Of a stretch of 64,000 nt of DNA, positions 26,001 through 38,705 are shown piece by piece. The DNA lies in contig MNCI01001986.1 of the NCBI GenBank assembly GCA_015680685.1, forward strand, positions 1 to 64,000, read 5' to 3'. The position numbers and the translations under genes are program-made. This DNA is from Gnetum montanum (lineage: Eukaryota; Plantae; Gnetophyta). Under the pieces are notes generated by a model. That model ran no database searches, had not been told where the DNA came from, and saw only the letters and a program-made list of their open reading frames with translations. How positions within the stretch are numbered: position 1 is the stretch's first letter; each line of letters starts with the position of its first letter.

Positions 26001-28449
26001 AATCATTAACTCTTCCTATTCAATCTAAGCTTTGTACACTGTCAACAGCCTGTGACCTTGACCTTGACTTAAGTCTAGCATAGAAAGAAAGATCAATGAA
26101 TCTCAACTTACTAGACAAAAACCAATTGGTGGCGTTGTCATCTAACGAGTTGCACAAGGCATTCAATAAAAAGTGCCATGACCTTAGAATTAGGAAAGTC
26201 AAATTTCAACCGAGAGACAAGGTCCTCTATTGGAACCCCACACACGTACCTCAACAAACTAAGTTCTAGACATTGTGGAAAGGACCTTATATCATTTACA
26301 AAAATTTTTCTTTTGGGGCCATGTTGATTTACAAACTTGAGATCCTGAATAAGAAGTAGCTGGTCAACACACAACAAGTTAAACCTTTTCATGAACTTAA
26401 GCAAGCTAGTGCAACAAACACCTCATTGGATGGCCAACCACACTCAATCTTTTGAATCTCCTCCTTTCAACTTAGTCATGGGGGTGATGTCCATCCACGC
26501 TAACTATATAAGTGGCTCCTTAGTTTTTCATCTTTTTGTTTTACATGTTTTTGGTTTACACCTTGTTATTTTTAAAACTATTTGTTTTACGCCTTCTTTA
26601 TCTTACACCTTTTTTTTATGTTATTAATTTTTTTTCAAATTTTTTTATAACATCATTAGTATGTTTTAATTTTCTTAAATATTTTAGAATTTACTATATA
26701 TTTTTCTTTATTTGGTGTGATTTTCTTATTGTGTTTTAATAATAACATGCCTTATTGCCAACTGGGTACAATGTGGTTTGTTTGATGTGGGCATGTGCTA
26801 TCTAGTTATTTGATTGTTGGTGTCTAGATTCTAGCTTTGAATTTTGTTGTTGATAATTAGGACATGGTTTCTTTTTCATGAAATAGGCAGTGAATCCATG
26901 ACATCCACAAACTCTATGGTTTTCTTTGTTATAGAAGTATGAGGTTCCTTTTTCATTAATAAAACTTTAACGAACTTATGACCTTAGTAGTTTTTGGACT
27001 TGGAAAGGATTCAAAGGTGTGAATAGGGTGTGACTTCAAGGGGACTCAGTACTCTTTGTGCTTTTTTGCTTACTTGGGTGCATGGGTGTTTTTATGGATT
27101 TCTTATTGTTTCGTGTTGACCAATAACACGAAGTTGAATAAGTCTTTGCATGGTGTGGTTTCCATTTCAAATAAAAAACATGATGAGAACTTAAAGCACA
27201 CCTCGTAGGCAAAATAGACGAGCTACAAGTTGTGGTTATGAGACTAGAAAGACATTGTACCCATGCCTAAAGGTCCCCTCTAACTAAGGCCCTTACTCAC
27301 TTCATGCTTCTCTTTTCTTCTTAAAATAAGGAATGGTGGTTGTTCTATGGGAGCACTATTGTGTCTTGAGGGGGTGGACCTGTCTTAGAGTGGCGATGTG
27401 AAGTCACTAAACATGGTTGGTTGGTTTGGGCTAAGGATGTATTTTATTAGGTTACTTAACCACAAAATTCACAAGGGACTTTATGTGACCTTAATCAGAA
27501 ACTCCATTCCACTTTCTCTCTCATCCATCTATGCTTTCCATGGCTTACCTTACTATTGGTGTTCATGTTCTTGTTTGATGTCTTGGTTTGATGTGTCAAA
27601 ATTCTTAGGTAGTTTCTTCTGGATTTTCATAGTTAACATTCTATAACCATTAATCACCCATGGGGCCCATGGACTCCTTGGTTTGAGGTTATTCAAGGAA
27701 AATAAGGGGCATGTGCCTGCTTTGGGGAGGACTGACTTGCATAACTTTTGGTTGGATTAGTTAATTTCTTTATACTTAGATATTCTCACAATCAAATCCT
27801 TTTGTGTGCTCCATTAATAACATCCAATTGTGTGCATCTTCACAATGGCTTTTTAGTGAAATCCTATTTTTTGTTATTATGAATTCTTTAACCCTCTTCA
27901 TGTATTTCATTGCATTTGTGCTTTTTCAAAATTTACTAATGGATTGCTTATCCATTTCGCCTCATGTTTGAGTCTTCTTGCTAACACTATTAAATGAATC
28001 AATCCATCATAATCACAACCTAGCCAAGTGTAACTACCAATGAGACAAGGTACTTAAAAGCTATATGTTACACATTGCACACTAATCTATGATTTTGTTG
28101 TGATTGTAGTGGGAAGCATGGATTAGAAGTGGGACTGTCTTCATTAAAGAATAAGTAGCAGCATCATGCAACGAGGATCCTTCATGATCATTGAATCTTC
28201 TCCCTCAATCTTTGGCTACTGGAGGAGTTGGATGTTAGTTTTGGCCAGGGTGTTCAATTTTGTTGTCATGAACATCCAATTTTATAAAATATTGTAAATT
28301 TGTATAATTGGGCACTTAGAATCTATTTTTTCTATCTAAGTTAATTTGCATGTCAGTCAATAATTCCATACATTTTCAATATTTTGTAAGAGACTTGTTC
28401 CTCCTTTTGTTCACTCAAGGATGAGTTTTCATTTAGTCACGACGGTATG
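20088..28449 (+). mobile_element. Athila-like Ty3/gypsy internal domain (gag-PR-RT-RH-INT, decayed) with only ~25 bp of 5' LTR
   Basis: LTR end TTGCCACTCATCA (to 20114). PBS TGGTGTCATTGTTGGGGA (20116-20133) is a deaminated form of the tRNA-Asp-type TGGCGCCGTTGCCGGGGA. gag ~21200-21700, PR ~22850-23200, RT (SEWVSPLVIVPK, CIDFRLLN, MPFGLCNA, VFMDD) ~23790-24430, RH (DASNYALGA, YTTTEKEL) ~24650-25050, INT (HEGPCGGH..CECCQ, IDFMG, WKGPY) ~25340-26300. Long 3' region. Confidence 0.92.
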
Positions 28450-29134
28450 AACCTTAATGTTATCTTAGAGGATCTTGGTGATGTCTTAAGCTTGTTGAGG
28501 TTCTAGTGAGAAACTTAATTTTAGTGTTTTCTCCTTACCATTGTGTGTCATGATAGGAACCTCAAATAGAGAGTCCTCAGTAATGTTGCTAGCCTCAAGG
28601 TCAAGGATTTTGACTAGGTTTTCAGGCCACTCTAGAGGTTTCTCTATTAAGGCTATGTGATCTACAAGATTCTCAAGCTCAAGATCTAGGTAATTAAGGT
28701 GAATAATCATAAAACATCACCATGAGGTCCACTTAGGTTCAATGGTAAACTTATTTGCACATTAAGTGGCACATAGGTAAAATTAGTAAATAATGCCAAA
28801 ATGATATAAAATACTCTAGCAACTATGCATAGATTAGTCAAAACATGCTATTTGATGGTCAAATAATTTGGAAATAAGGTTAACAAAGGTTATAAGAGGT
28901 GGACGAAGATAAATAAGATGAACCAAAGGCTACATAAGGCCAAATGATGGGAAGGCTTGGTGGAATGGGGCTAGGTGATGCTCCAATGACAAAAAATGAA
29001 ACTAAGGCCAAATAGTGAAGGTTAACAATCCACAACAAGATCAAATTAAGCCAAAACATAGTGAAACAAGGTCAAATTGATCAAGGTATGAAAAACATGC
29101 TAAAACATGATTAATATTGGTCAACTAGGGTTAG

Positions 29135-29228
29135 ATTTTGCTAGTTTTATGTCTTAGTGGACCATGATGTTGCTAGTTTTAGGCCTTTCTTGTGCCATGA
29201 TGTTGCTAGATTTAGGCCTTAGTAGGAC
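29135..29228. repeat. Short array of the ~33-bp TTGCTAGTTTTAGGCC repeat
   Basis: Three degenerate units homologous to those at 38305-38563 and 44070-44275. Confidence 0.7.
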
Positions 29229-29319
29229 ATGGTGTAGGTCTACAGGGTTGACAAATGAGTTTGGGCACTTGGTGAAGTCATTTGGAGGCTATTTGAAGAA
29301 TAAATTGAACATTTTCTTC

Positions 29320-32300
29320 TCACTACACTTGTCTCAACTAAGGACTATGTTGGCCAGTGTAGTCAAAATAGGCCCTAGCATAGTCAACATTAATAGGTGG
29401 TTTCCTAGGGTCTATTGTGGCCAATTTCGAGTTTTTGATGGTATGTGTGGATGGTGTAGTGGATTAGGATTGAGGATTAGTGCATTTTGACATCATTTTC
29501 ACCCTCCAAAAGCTAGAAATGATGCCAAAATTTGTGACTACGCTAGGACTATGCTAGTTAGCATAGTCTCGGCCTACTCCAACATAGATGCATGCAAGAG
29601 ATGGATTTATGGGATTTCAAAGTTGCTATTGGTGCTCCATCAGCTTCCTAAGGTAGCATAGGGTAGGGGAAAGATTGAATAGGCCATTTGGAAGTAAGAA
29701 AAAAAAAGCTATTGAAAGTGTAGTTGAGAGTTGCTACAGTGTAGGTAGACCAAAAGCTAGGTTTTCCATGGTCGAGCAAGATCAATTGTAGTTAGCTCCA
29801 GGATTTTAGGGTTCTAGTCTTCCAAAATCAAGTTTTTGATCATTCTAAGTGCTATTGTGGTATTAAACCACCTTGGGGTAGGGACTATTCTAAGTCCCTA
29901 GCCTATCCTAGTGTAGATGAAAGGACTTTAGTGTTTTCATGGTCAAAATTAGGTGGAATTATAGCTGGGTAGGTTCAAGTGAGGTTCTTGGCTTTCAAGC
30001 TAGTTTGTTAGTTAAACTTGTCCAAAACCATGACTACACTAGGACTACACTAGAAAGCATAGTCTTGGCCTCTCTTAGCATAGTTTGGATAAGTTTTGAG
30101 CTTTTCATGATCAAACAAGGATAAACTATGGTCATCTTCAAGGTTTCAAGTTTTTTGAACTTTCCAAATCAAATTTTATGCCATTTTGAGTTGTGTAGTA
30201 TCAATCAAACCATCCTAGGATCATGACTATGTTGGGACTACATTGGCTAATATAGTCTAGGATTACCTTAGTGTAGTACCATGTGAGTCCTAAATTTTGG
30301 TGGAGTTTTATGGTTGATCAACTAAGTTTTTATGTTCTTGAGCCATTGGTATTTACAACTAGGGTTTTGACTCAAGATGATCATTTTTGGGTGGTTATAG
30401 TGTTAGCACAACTATTCTAGAGTAAGGATTATGCTGGCCAATGTAGTCCTAGCTTACTCCAGCATATTCACACATAAATCTTGACTTTAGCTAGATTTAC
30501 ATGACTAATCAACCAAGCTTGTGGGTTCTTAGGGGTTATTGGTGTTCTTGGCTAGGGTTTTGGCTTAGGATGGTTGATTCTCGGGCTTGTTTAAGTATTG
30601 AAATGATGATTTTCCATTTGGACTATGCTAGTCAACATGGTTGAGCCTGACCTCAGCATAGATGAGGTAAATTTGACATTTACAAGATCAAAATGAGGTG
30701 GAATCATAGCTAGGTAAGGCCAAATAAGGTTCCTGGTTTTCAAGTTAGGTTCTAGACTATTTGGAGTGTCAACTCACTAGTCAATGCTTCATAGACCAAT
30801 GACTACATTAGGACTACACATGCTAGCATAGCTCTAGCTTCTTCTAGTGTAGTCACAACATGAATCTTTGATTTTGATGAAACTCCATGGTCAATTGACT
30901 TGGTTTTTAAGTTTTTGGATCACTAATTTGAAACCAGGGTTTTAGGCTTGAGATCCAATTTTGATGGTTGTTTGGATGTAAAAATGGTCATATACCATTG
31001 GACTATGCTAGAAAACATAGTTCTAGTGTAGATGTAGGGGGCATGTTGAGTTTTAGCCATTCTTCAACTTAGGTTTTAGGGTTTAGTGGTCTCTAAAGTC
31101 TTTGGCAAGGTTCAGAGTTGAGATGATGCTTCTAGAAGTCGATTTGACATGTTGGTGACCTATGTTGGTGTTTTGGAAGTGGGACTACACTAGGACTATG
31201 CTAAATAGCATAGTTCTAAGCCTCCTCAGTGTAGTCCCAAGGTGAAAATGGGGTTTGGCCTTCCTTTATCTCATAATTTGTCAATGTAAGGTCATGTTTT
31301 AAAGGAGTGTTAGGGATAAAAATGATAGTTTGAAAATTATATTTGATTTTTGATGGTTCATCCTCTTTCTACTATGTTTGGAGTATGCTAGCCAACATAA
31401 TCTTGGCCATAACAGTGTAGTTTGAAGGTTGAAGTAGGAAATTTTCCATTTTTTATTGGTTTTCTTGGGTTTCAAGCTTACCAGAGACTTTGGAATTCAA
31501 GGTGTGTCATTTTGAGGTTATTTTTGATTTTTGATCTTTATTCTTTGCTCAACTACTTTGGGAATACATTTTTTAGCATGGTTGAGGTCTCCCCCAACAT
31601 AATCCATGCAAGGAAAATGAATTTTGATGTCTTTTGATCAATTTTATGGAATTTCAAAGCTACTAGAGGCCCTGGTTAGGGTTTGATGTACGGGTTGGTA
31701 ATTTTGGAGTTAGTTAGGAGTTTGGTTGATGGTAGAGTACACTATTCCACTTGTGACTCTGGTTGCCAACATAGTTAGGCTATTGGTTAGTGTAGTTACT
31801 CCAAAATAGTAGGTTTTGGCCTTCCTTGGTGTCTGGCTTTCATCAATGTCAACACCTTGTTTCTCATTTTGGACATAAGGTTTCATGACATGTATGGATT
31901 GTTGGGAGGGTAGTTTTGGTAGTATTTGGGATTTGGAATGCACTTCAAGACTTTTGGATGCTTAAAACCTAGCGTAGTCACTATGAGAAGCTGAAAACCC
32001 AAGTGCTTTAGGATTTCCATTGGATTATTACATAGGCACATAATGGGATCCACCTTAAATTTGAGTTTTTACACAAATTGATTTTTCACTTACCTAGCAT
32101 AGTTTCACTTTCCAGTTACTATCATGGAGTTTATTTTGACTTGGATGAATGTTTTAGGGAAACCAGGGTTTTGAAGGTAGGCACTAAAGTTTGGGAGTGA
32201 TTTTCTTGTTTTAATTTTGAGATAATTCTTGCCACACTACTCCCATCTTATAGCACATAGCACTAGAGCTCTAATCCTATTTTAGTCTCTACTACACCTA
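29320..32300. repeat. Dispersed array of nested palindromic units GACTACGCT..GACTACGCT..AGCGTAGTC..AGCGTAGTC (CpG-decayed)
   Basis: Units near 29343, 29536, 29880, 30031, 30224, 30426, 30620, 30800, 31000, 31182, 31370, 31735 and 31969, spaced about 150-350 bp apart. Confidence 0.85.
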
Positions 32301-32831
32301 CTTTCAATGTTACGTATCCATCCTACATCCAAAAGAAGGCATAGTTGCTAGATGGCCTCCCAAAAGCTCAAGGATTTTAGTGGTTTTTGCATTGTTTGTT
32401 AGCATGTTGAAGAGGAAGGCTTGAACCAGAAGGAATCCAACCTTGGAGAAGGTTGATGTTGTTGCACAAGGTCTCTCCCACCTCCTATGGCCAATGATTG
32501 TTGAAGGCTCCACTGCTATGACTCCCAGGTACACAAATGCTAACCATTTTATGTAGAACTGCATTGGAATCCTAGACGTTTTTGGTTGTATGGGTTTGTG
32601 TGTTGGGTACATTTGAATTTTAAAAAATTATTACAATAGATTTAGGCTATGTTTATGAGTTTTTGTTCTTGCTTTGGTTATGGAATTGGTGTATATTAAA
32701 TTAAAAATTTATTTCAGTCTTTCCTATGCATTTTTTCTATAGTTTTGGGCAAAAAAGCAACACCACTTTTATAATTTTTTGTATAAAAAAGGTCTATAAA
32801 TTTTAGATTTTATGGACATAGGGTTTTAGTA

Positions 32832-32989
32832 CTATGTTTAATGGTCAAATTGGTTTTTTAAATGGTGAATCCTCTACGAAAAACCCTATGTTTAATGGTC
32901 AAATTGGTTTTTTAAATGGTGAATCCTCTACGAAAAACCCTATGTTTAATGGTCAAATTGGTTTTTTAAATGGTGAATCCTCTACGAAT
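32832..32989. repeat. 54-bp perfect tandem repeat, three copies
   Basis: CTATGTTTAATGGTCAAATTGG..TCCTCTACGAA starts at 32832, 32886 and 32940. Confidence 0.95.
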
Positions 32990-34290
32990 TTTTCCGTAAG
33001 GTAGTTCACAGTGGGTTTTTAGTTTTGTTTTTTCATGATACTTTGGTATTTTTTTTGAAAAAGTAGGTAATAATTTTTTAGTTTCCAAGTTTTGAGTTTT
33101 TAGTTTTTATTTAATGATTTCAATAGCTATGGAATCCCTAAATTCCAATGTGTGGTTAATTCTTGACGAATTTTTTCATGAGCTTGCTCAAAGTGGGATT
33201 TTGGTTTCATGGTTTTGTTCATGTAACTTCTGCATTTTTTTTTCTACAAAATGGCTAGTAATTTTTGTGTTTTAATGTTTTGGATTTTTATTTTATTTTT
33301 TAGCAACTCCAATGACTATGGAATCATTGAATTTGATTACATGGTCAATTTTTGATGAATTCTTAGTAGATTAGTGTAAAGTGAGGTTTTTGGTTTTCAT
33401 GGTCTTATCCTTATGAAGATGGATAATGTTGGCACTTTGAAAGATTTTTCTAGCCAATGTCCTAGGTTCCTGGGGATGCTATGAGGTGTTAGAGAGGGTT
33501 TGAACATGGTTTTGGCAAAGTGAAATTTTTTTTGATATTTTTTAATCAATGGATTACCATAGCTATTTTCTCAGTTTTGTGTTGTTGTGCAATTTTTGTT
33601 GATTTTTGTTATGGTTTTATGTTGCGTTTTACATTTTTTCCAAGCTTTGAACTTTAGTGTAGATTTTAAATTCCATTTAACTTCATGCCCACATAGCCCC
33701 AAACTTAGAAAAAAAATTTTAGTCCTTATTTGTCATTTTCATCCTAATGTAGACAACCTTGTATAGTTGTAGTGTTGGTTGTGAAAACTACAAGCCTTCT
33801 TGTTTGCATAGGTAGTGTTGGTGTATTTTTATGATTATGTTCAAAGGTTCTTAAGGAAATTCACTTGTTACATCTTTAGTTTTTAACAATCATTTAATTT
33901 TTTAGAAAATTTTAACTAGCCTTCCTAGAGTTTTTACTATGGCTAATCTCACCATTAACTAGGATGCCTAGTCAAATTTTGCAAAATTCTAATTGGTATT
34001 TGTGACTTATGTAGTAGGTACAGGCTAGTTTTAATGTTTTTGATGTTTCTACATAAACATTTTCACAAATTTTTATGTATATTTTATCATGAAAATTTCC
34101 ATCAATTGATAATAGGCTACTTGGTTGTTTCTCATTTTGGTTTTGATTTTAAGTGTTGAAACTATGGATTTGGTTGTTATGGGTTTATATGAAAATGTTG
34201 ATTTTGAAATTGTAGTTATTTTGGTTATTTAGCATTTACTCGTATTTGGCTATGGTTATTTATGGTTTTAACTATTTTTGTTTTGTGCAG

Positions 34291-37200
34291 GGCCTTTCTC
34301 AAGCCCATCCTAGTGATCATTGACTTGGTGGAGCTACTTTGCTACATCCACGCATTGAGGCTCCACATCCCACCTACACACATGATGTTCAAGCATAGTT
34401 CATTATGGTTTAGACTAGGAGAAAAGGAGTTCCTAGCCTTCCTACTACAAAATTTTAGTGTGATGGTATGGTCACACTTATCATCTCGCACAATGACCCT
34501 CATCATTGAAACCTTGTTGCCTAGATCCTCTAACTTGATTGTCAAGTTTCTTGAAGATAATCCTAAAACATGTAGGCTATCCAAGATTTGGGACATGCCT
34601 AAGTTCAACTTGTATAATACCAACAACACATTGCTAGTTGGTCACTAAGCCCACATTCTATTTCAGAACCCTCCCAGTACTATCTACCATGCTTTAAGCT
34701 TTTATTTTTTTTGCTTATTTTTATTAGATTACTTTTATTTAATGGTTTTTCTTACTTGAATTGGTATGTTTGTAAGTATAGGATGGATGAAAAAGGCTTC
34801 ATCAAAAGTTACCAAATCCTACCCTTAGCTTAAACAACATTAGAGGTCTTTGCCAAAAGCCCCATAGTGAGGCTCATAGTGGTAGAGAAACTCAGAGGTG
34901 ACTTGGGTAGGTACACCATGCATTATTCCAATGCCTGCCAAATGAGTGTAGCCAATGGAATAACACATGGTTTTTGGGATAAATCAGATCTTATCTGCAT
35001 ATCCATTGAGTCCTCCATGCTACTTTCTTCTAGCAAGAAAGGTAAGAATTATTTTTTTTATTTTTGTTTTTGTTTTCATGTCAATGTTTTCATGGTTGCA
35101 TGGTTATGAGTCTTTTAGGCTTTAAGTGTCTAAATGGTTTTATTAGCTTTGATTGGTTGCACTTATATTTTTATTTTACACAATGTGCTTATGTCTAAGC
35201 TAATTGGCTTTTTGTTATGCTGTAGGTGGTAGCACATCCTCCACCATCACATTGGTCATTTTAGGATGCTTTGAGGAGACTCTCACCCTCAGGTATGGTG
35301 AGGTGGATTTGGTGTAGTAGTGTTTGGCTAGTAGGGTGTCTTGAAACATTCAAGTAAACATCACTAAATTAGGTTTGCTTGATCTCTTAATGGTTCCTAG
35401 CCCAACCATCCCTACCCTCCAGATGATGAACATCATTAATTCTTTTGACAAAGAGGTGAAGAAGTTGATCACCTAGGTTCATAGTGTGCCTATCACCGTA
35501 ACATCAATGAGTCCACATTTAGTGACCTCTTTGATGTTTCTTGTGAGGGCCTAAAGATTGTCACTAAAGTAGGTAAAGAGGTGGACCATTAGGAGGAGGT
35601 GCAGGAATTGTTAGACATGCATTGTGATCACAAGGGATTGTTTCTTCACCAATTCAAGGTTGAAGAGGCTAGAGATGCATATCCCTTGTTATGCTCCCAA
35701 GAATTATCTAAGTTGCTATTGTAGGGAAAGATCATGGGTGTTGAGCAAGCATGGACCATGAAGAAGGTTCTTTCAAAGGATTTTCACTTTAATTGGATTA
35801 CTTATTTGGCTTCTAGGCTATGTGGGGATATCCTTAAACTCCATGACAAACTTACGATGAAATGCCACATACATTATGCATTCTTTGCAACGTATCTGAG
35901 GAGATTCCTGGAGTTCTTGGTGGTGAGGAAGGATGGAAAATGAGTAAGCCAAGATCCATCCCAACTCTTCAAGCCATGGGTGAAATAAATTTATCCCACC
36001 ATGTAGCCTGAAAACCAACTAGAGGATGTTAGAGAGTCATTGTATATTACCACTAAGGAACTTAGTGGTAGGTGTTGTGCTTTTCCTAATAGCATGAGGA
36101 TTGAGCTCCAAGTTGAACATGGAAACATTGAAAGGGATAAGACATTACAGGCTGAAGATGAAGGTGAAGCTAGAGCGAAATTGAAGAGGCCCATTGTTGA
36201 GGAAGTAGCACTAGTAATTGAGCAACCCTCCAAGAGGAGATTCATTGTTAGACTCAGCCAAACATGTGATGTGGTTATAGGTATGTTTTAGTTTTTTTTA
36301 TTTTTTAGTTGTTTTTCATTGTTATGTTTTATGTTATAAGGCTATACTTTTAATTTTTTAAAGTAAGATATGTTAAGTTATATTATGTTTTACTCTTGCT
36401 ATTCTTGTACACAAGCAACAAGAGTTAGAAGCCCAAGTAGTAGCAATGAAGGTAGAGCAAAAATGCCTAGTGAAGAAGCTCCTACAATACCATGAAGATG
36501 AGGGGTTATCTAATATTCCATTGGATGGCTTTGACACTATATTTAACCCCTCATAGCTATGCGAACCCCTTTTCATCATCCAAAATGATGCTCCAAGTAT
36601 GTATTACTCTTATGTCATATTTTTGAGTTCTTTTGTTTTAGTTTAAGCATGGGATTAATCATTTGTTGATTATTATTATTGTCATAGTTGTTGAACCTTA
36701 GCCCACTACCTCAACATCCACGTTTCACATGAAATCGTGAGGAGACACTCCTGATAAGAGGGAATTCATGTGGGGGATGGCTAAGGACATGATTGATTGG
36801 TTGCCACAGGTTTCTTCTAATGTTGGCAAGAAATTATCTTGTCCTGAACTTTTAGTTTTTTTGTTTTATAGTTTTATTATTTTAGTTATTATTTTTTGTT
36901 TTTTCTTAGTTATTTGATCATTTATTATTTTTGCATATATCTTTTTATGTTGTTTTCAGCAACTAAGCTTAGATGGGGTCCTAACCGCCCCATTGAGATT
37001 AATGCCCTACCCAACTTACCATAAAATGTGGAGAATGTTTCATGAAAGTTGTATGAAAGTGCCACTAAATGTGAATTTTCATGCACCAAAACTTCATGAA
37101 AAATCCAATTTTTTAATGAGTTTATATGGGAATGAGTTGTATTGTTGGAAAGAGAAAACAAAAAGCTGCTTGAGGCAAATAGGGATCTCAAAGATCGCAA

Positions 37201-37783
37201 GGAATTTGTGGAGGCCCAAGTGGCCAACTGGAGTTCCTTGCAAACTAAAGAGATCAAATGGATGTTGTATTAGAATGCCATCCATGGCAAGGCTACCCTT
37301 GGTAGGAAGGTTACTAAGCAAAAGTTTTAGATGGACTTGCTAGCACGTAAGGCTAGGGAGTGGAGAGACTACTGTGCTTGGGTTCTTAAGTGGGTTTGGG
37401 CATAGAAAGACCACAAAAGAAAATATAAGGTTGAACGTGAAGCCTATATTAAGTGGTTAAAGGAGAAGTCCATTGAATGGTGCAAGTTAGAGCTTTTCAT
37501 GAAGGGGATTCAAGCCAAGGACATGTTCAAACTATTTGAAGGCTTTGTGACTGTTGTTGATTCCCCATCCCCTCAGGTCTCTACCACTTCTGGGGAGATG
37601 ACTACTGGGATGTTTTCAAGGGAACTACCTACATGGATTGACATTGAAAAAAGTAACGTCTTGATAGGTATTAATCTTGGGGAGGTGGACTAGGTCCACA
37701 TGATCAAGGAACAAATCCTTCATCATTTGGAGGTTAGTCTTTGGAATCTCTTACTAGAAGATGTTGCACCCAAGCCCTCCTAG
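34291..37783 (+). pseudogene. Decayed spliced retrotransposon-borne gene: FCP1/NIF-like domain + env-like/plant-mobile-type domain + coiled coil
   Basis: Exon-like blocks between T-rich introns (~34291-34695, 34782-35041, 35226-36280, ~36410-36596, 36688-~36830, 36960-37783). First block: LVIIDLVELLC..WFRLGEKEFLAFLLQNFSVMVWS..LSKIWD..YNTNNTLLVGH*AHILFQNPPST. Third block: KLGLLDLLMVP..NIINSFD..INESTFSDLF..FNWITYLASRL. In-frame stops are present. Confidence 0.7.
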
Positions 37784-38304
37784 GTTTGCTTATTTTATTT
37801 GTTCTAGCATATTTTAGTTTAATTTATGGTTTGGAATTCATTTTCATACTTTGTTGATTATTGGTTAAACTTGTGTTTTGTTGTGATACAAGTATTGAGT
37901 GATGCTAATAGCCCTAGTGGTGAAGACAGAAGTACTCCTCAATCCTCTCTAGCAACCCCTTAGTATCATCTATTGGTCATTGCCTTTCATTATCTCATTT
38001 GTTATGTTGATGTTTGATGTCATGATATATTGGCTAGTGTTAGCCATTTGATTAGTTGATGGATACTTTATTGTTTCATACATTGTTTAGAAGTTTGTCA
38101 AACTATGTGAGAAACATTTAGACTATTATCATTTTTTAATTTTAATTTCATTTATATGTTTTAATGTTTAATAGTTTTGTTCATATCATAGACTATGTTG
38201 GTTAACTTATGTGATTGTGATTGGTTATAAAAAGGTGAAATTGACTATATGTTGGCTACTAGGAATGTGAACTTGGTCATAAATTGTAATAAATGTTTTT
38301 TTTC

Positions 38305-38563
38305 CAATTTTAGGCCATGGTGGGGCATACGATTTGCTAGTTTTAGACCATGGTAGGCTGTTCGATGTTTTGCTAGTTTTAGGCCATGGCGAGCCATGTG
38401 ATGCTTTGCCAGTTTTAGGCCATCGTAGGTCGTGTGATGTTTGCTAGTTTTAGGCCATGTTGGGCCATGCGATTTGCCAATTTTAGATCATGATGGGCCT
38501 TAATGTATCCAATTTTAGGCCTTAGTGGGCCAAATAATTTGCTAATCTTAGGCCATGATGGAT
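38305..38563. repeat. ~33-bp tandem repeat array (left half, split by the L1)
   Basis: Units such as TTTTAGGCCATGGTGGGCCATGTGATTTGCTAG. Confidence 0.9.
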
Positions 38564-38705
38564 NNNNNNNNNNNNNNNNNNNNNNNNNNNNNNNNNNNNN
38601 NNNNNNNNNNNNNNNNNNNNNNNNNNNNNNNNNNNNNNNNNNNNNNNNNNNNNNNNNNNNNNNNNNNNNNNNNNNNNNNNNNNNNNNNNNNNNNNNNNNN
38701 NNNNN
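38564..38705. other. Assembly gap (N run), probably covering the L1 3' end/poly-A
   Basis: N characters. Confidence 0.95.

Noticed and set aside
29320-32300. Palindromic repeats with unique spacers superficially resembling a CRISPR array or CACTA subterminal repeats
   Set aside because: Eukaryotic context, irregular 150-350 bp spacers, degenerate units, no cas genes, no CACTA termini or transposase.
4742-34700. Idea that the TE NIF block was copied recently from the neighbouring host gene, or that FBW2 proximity is functionally linked to the TEs
   Set aside because: Similarity is visible only at protein-motif level with no obvious nucleotide identity, so capture is ancient and proximity is probably coincidental.
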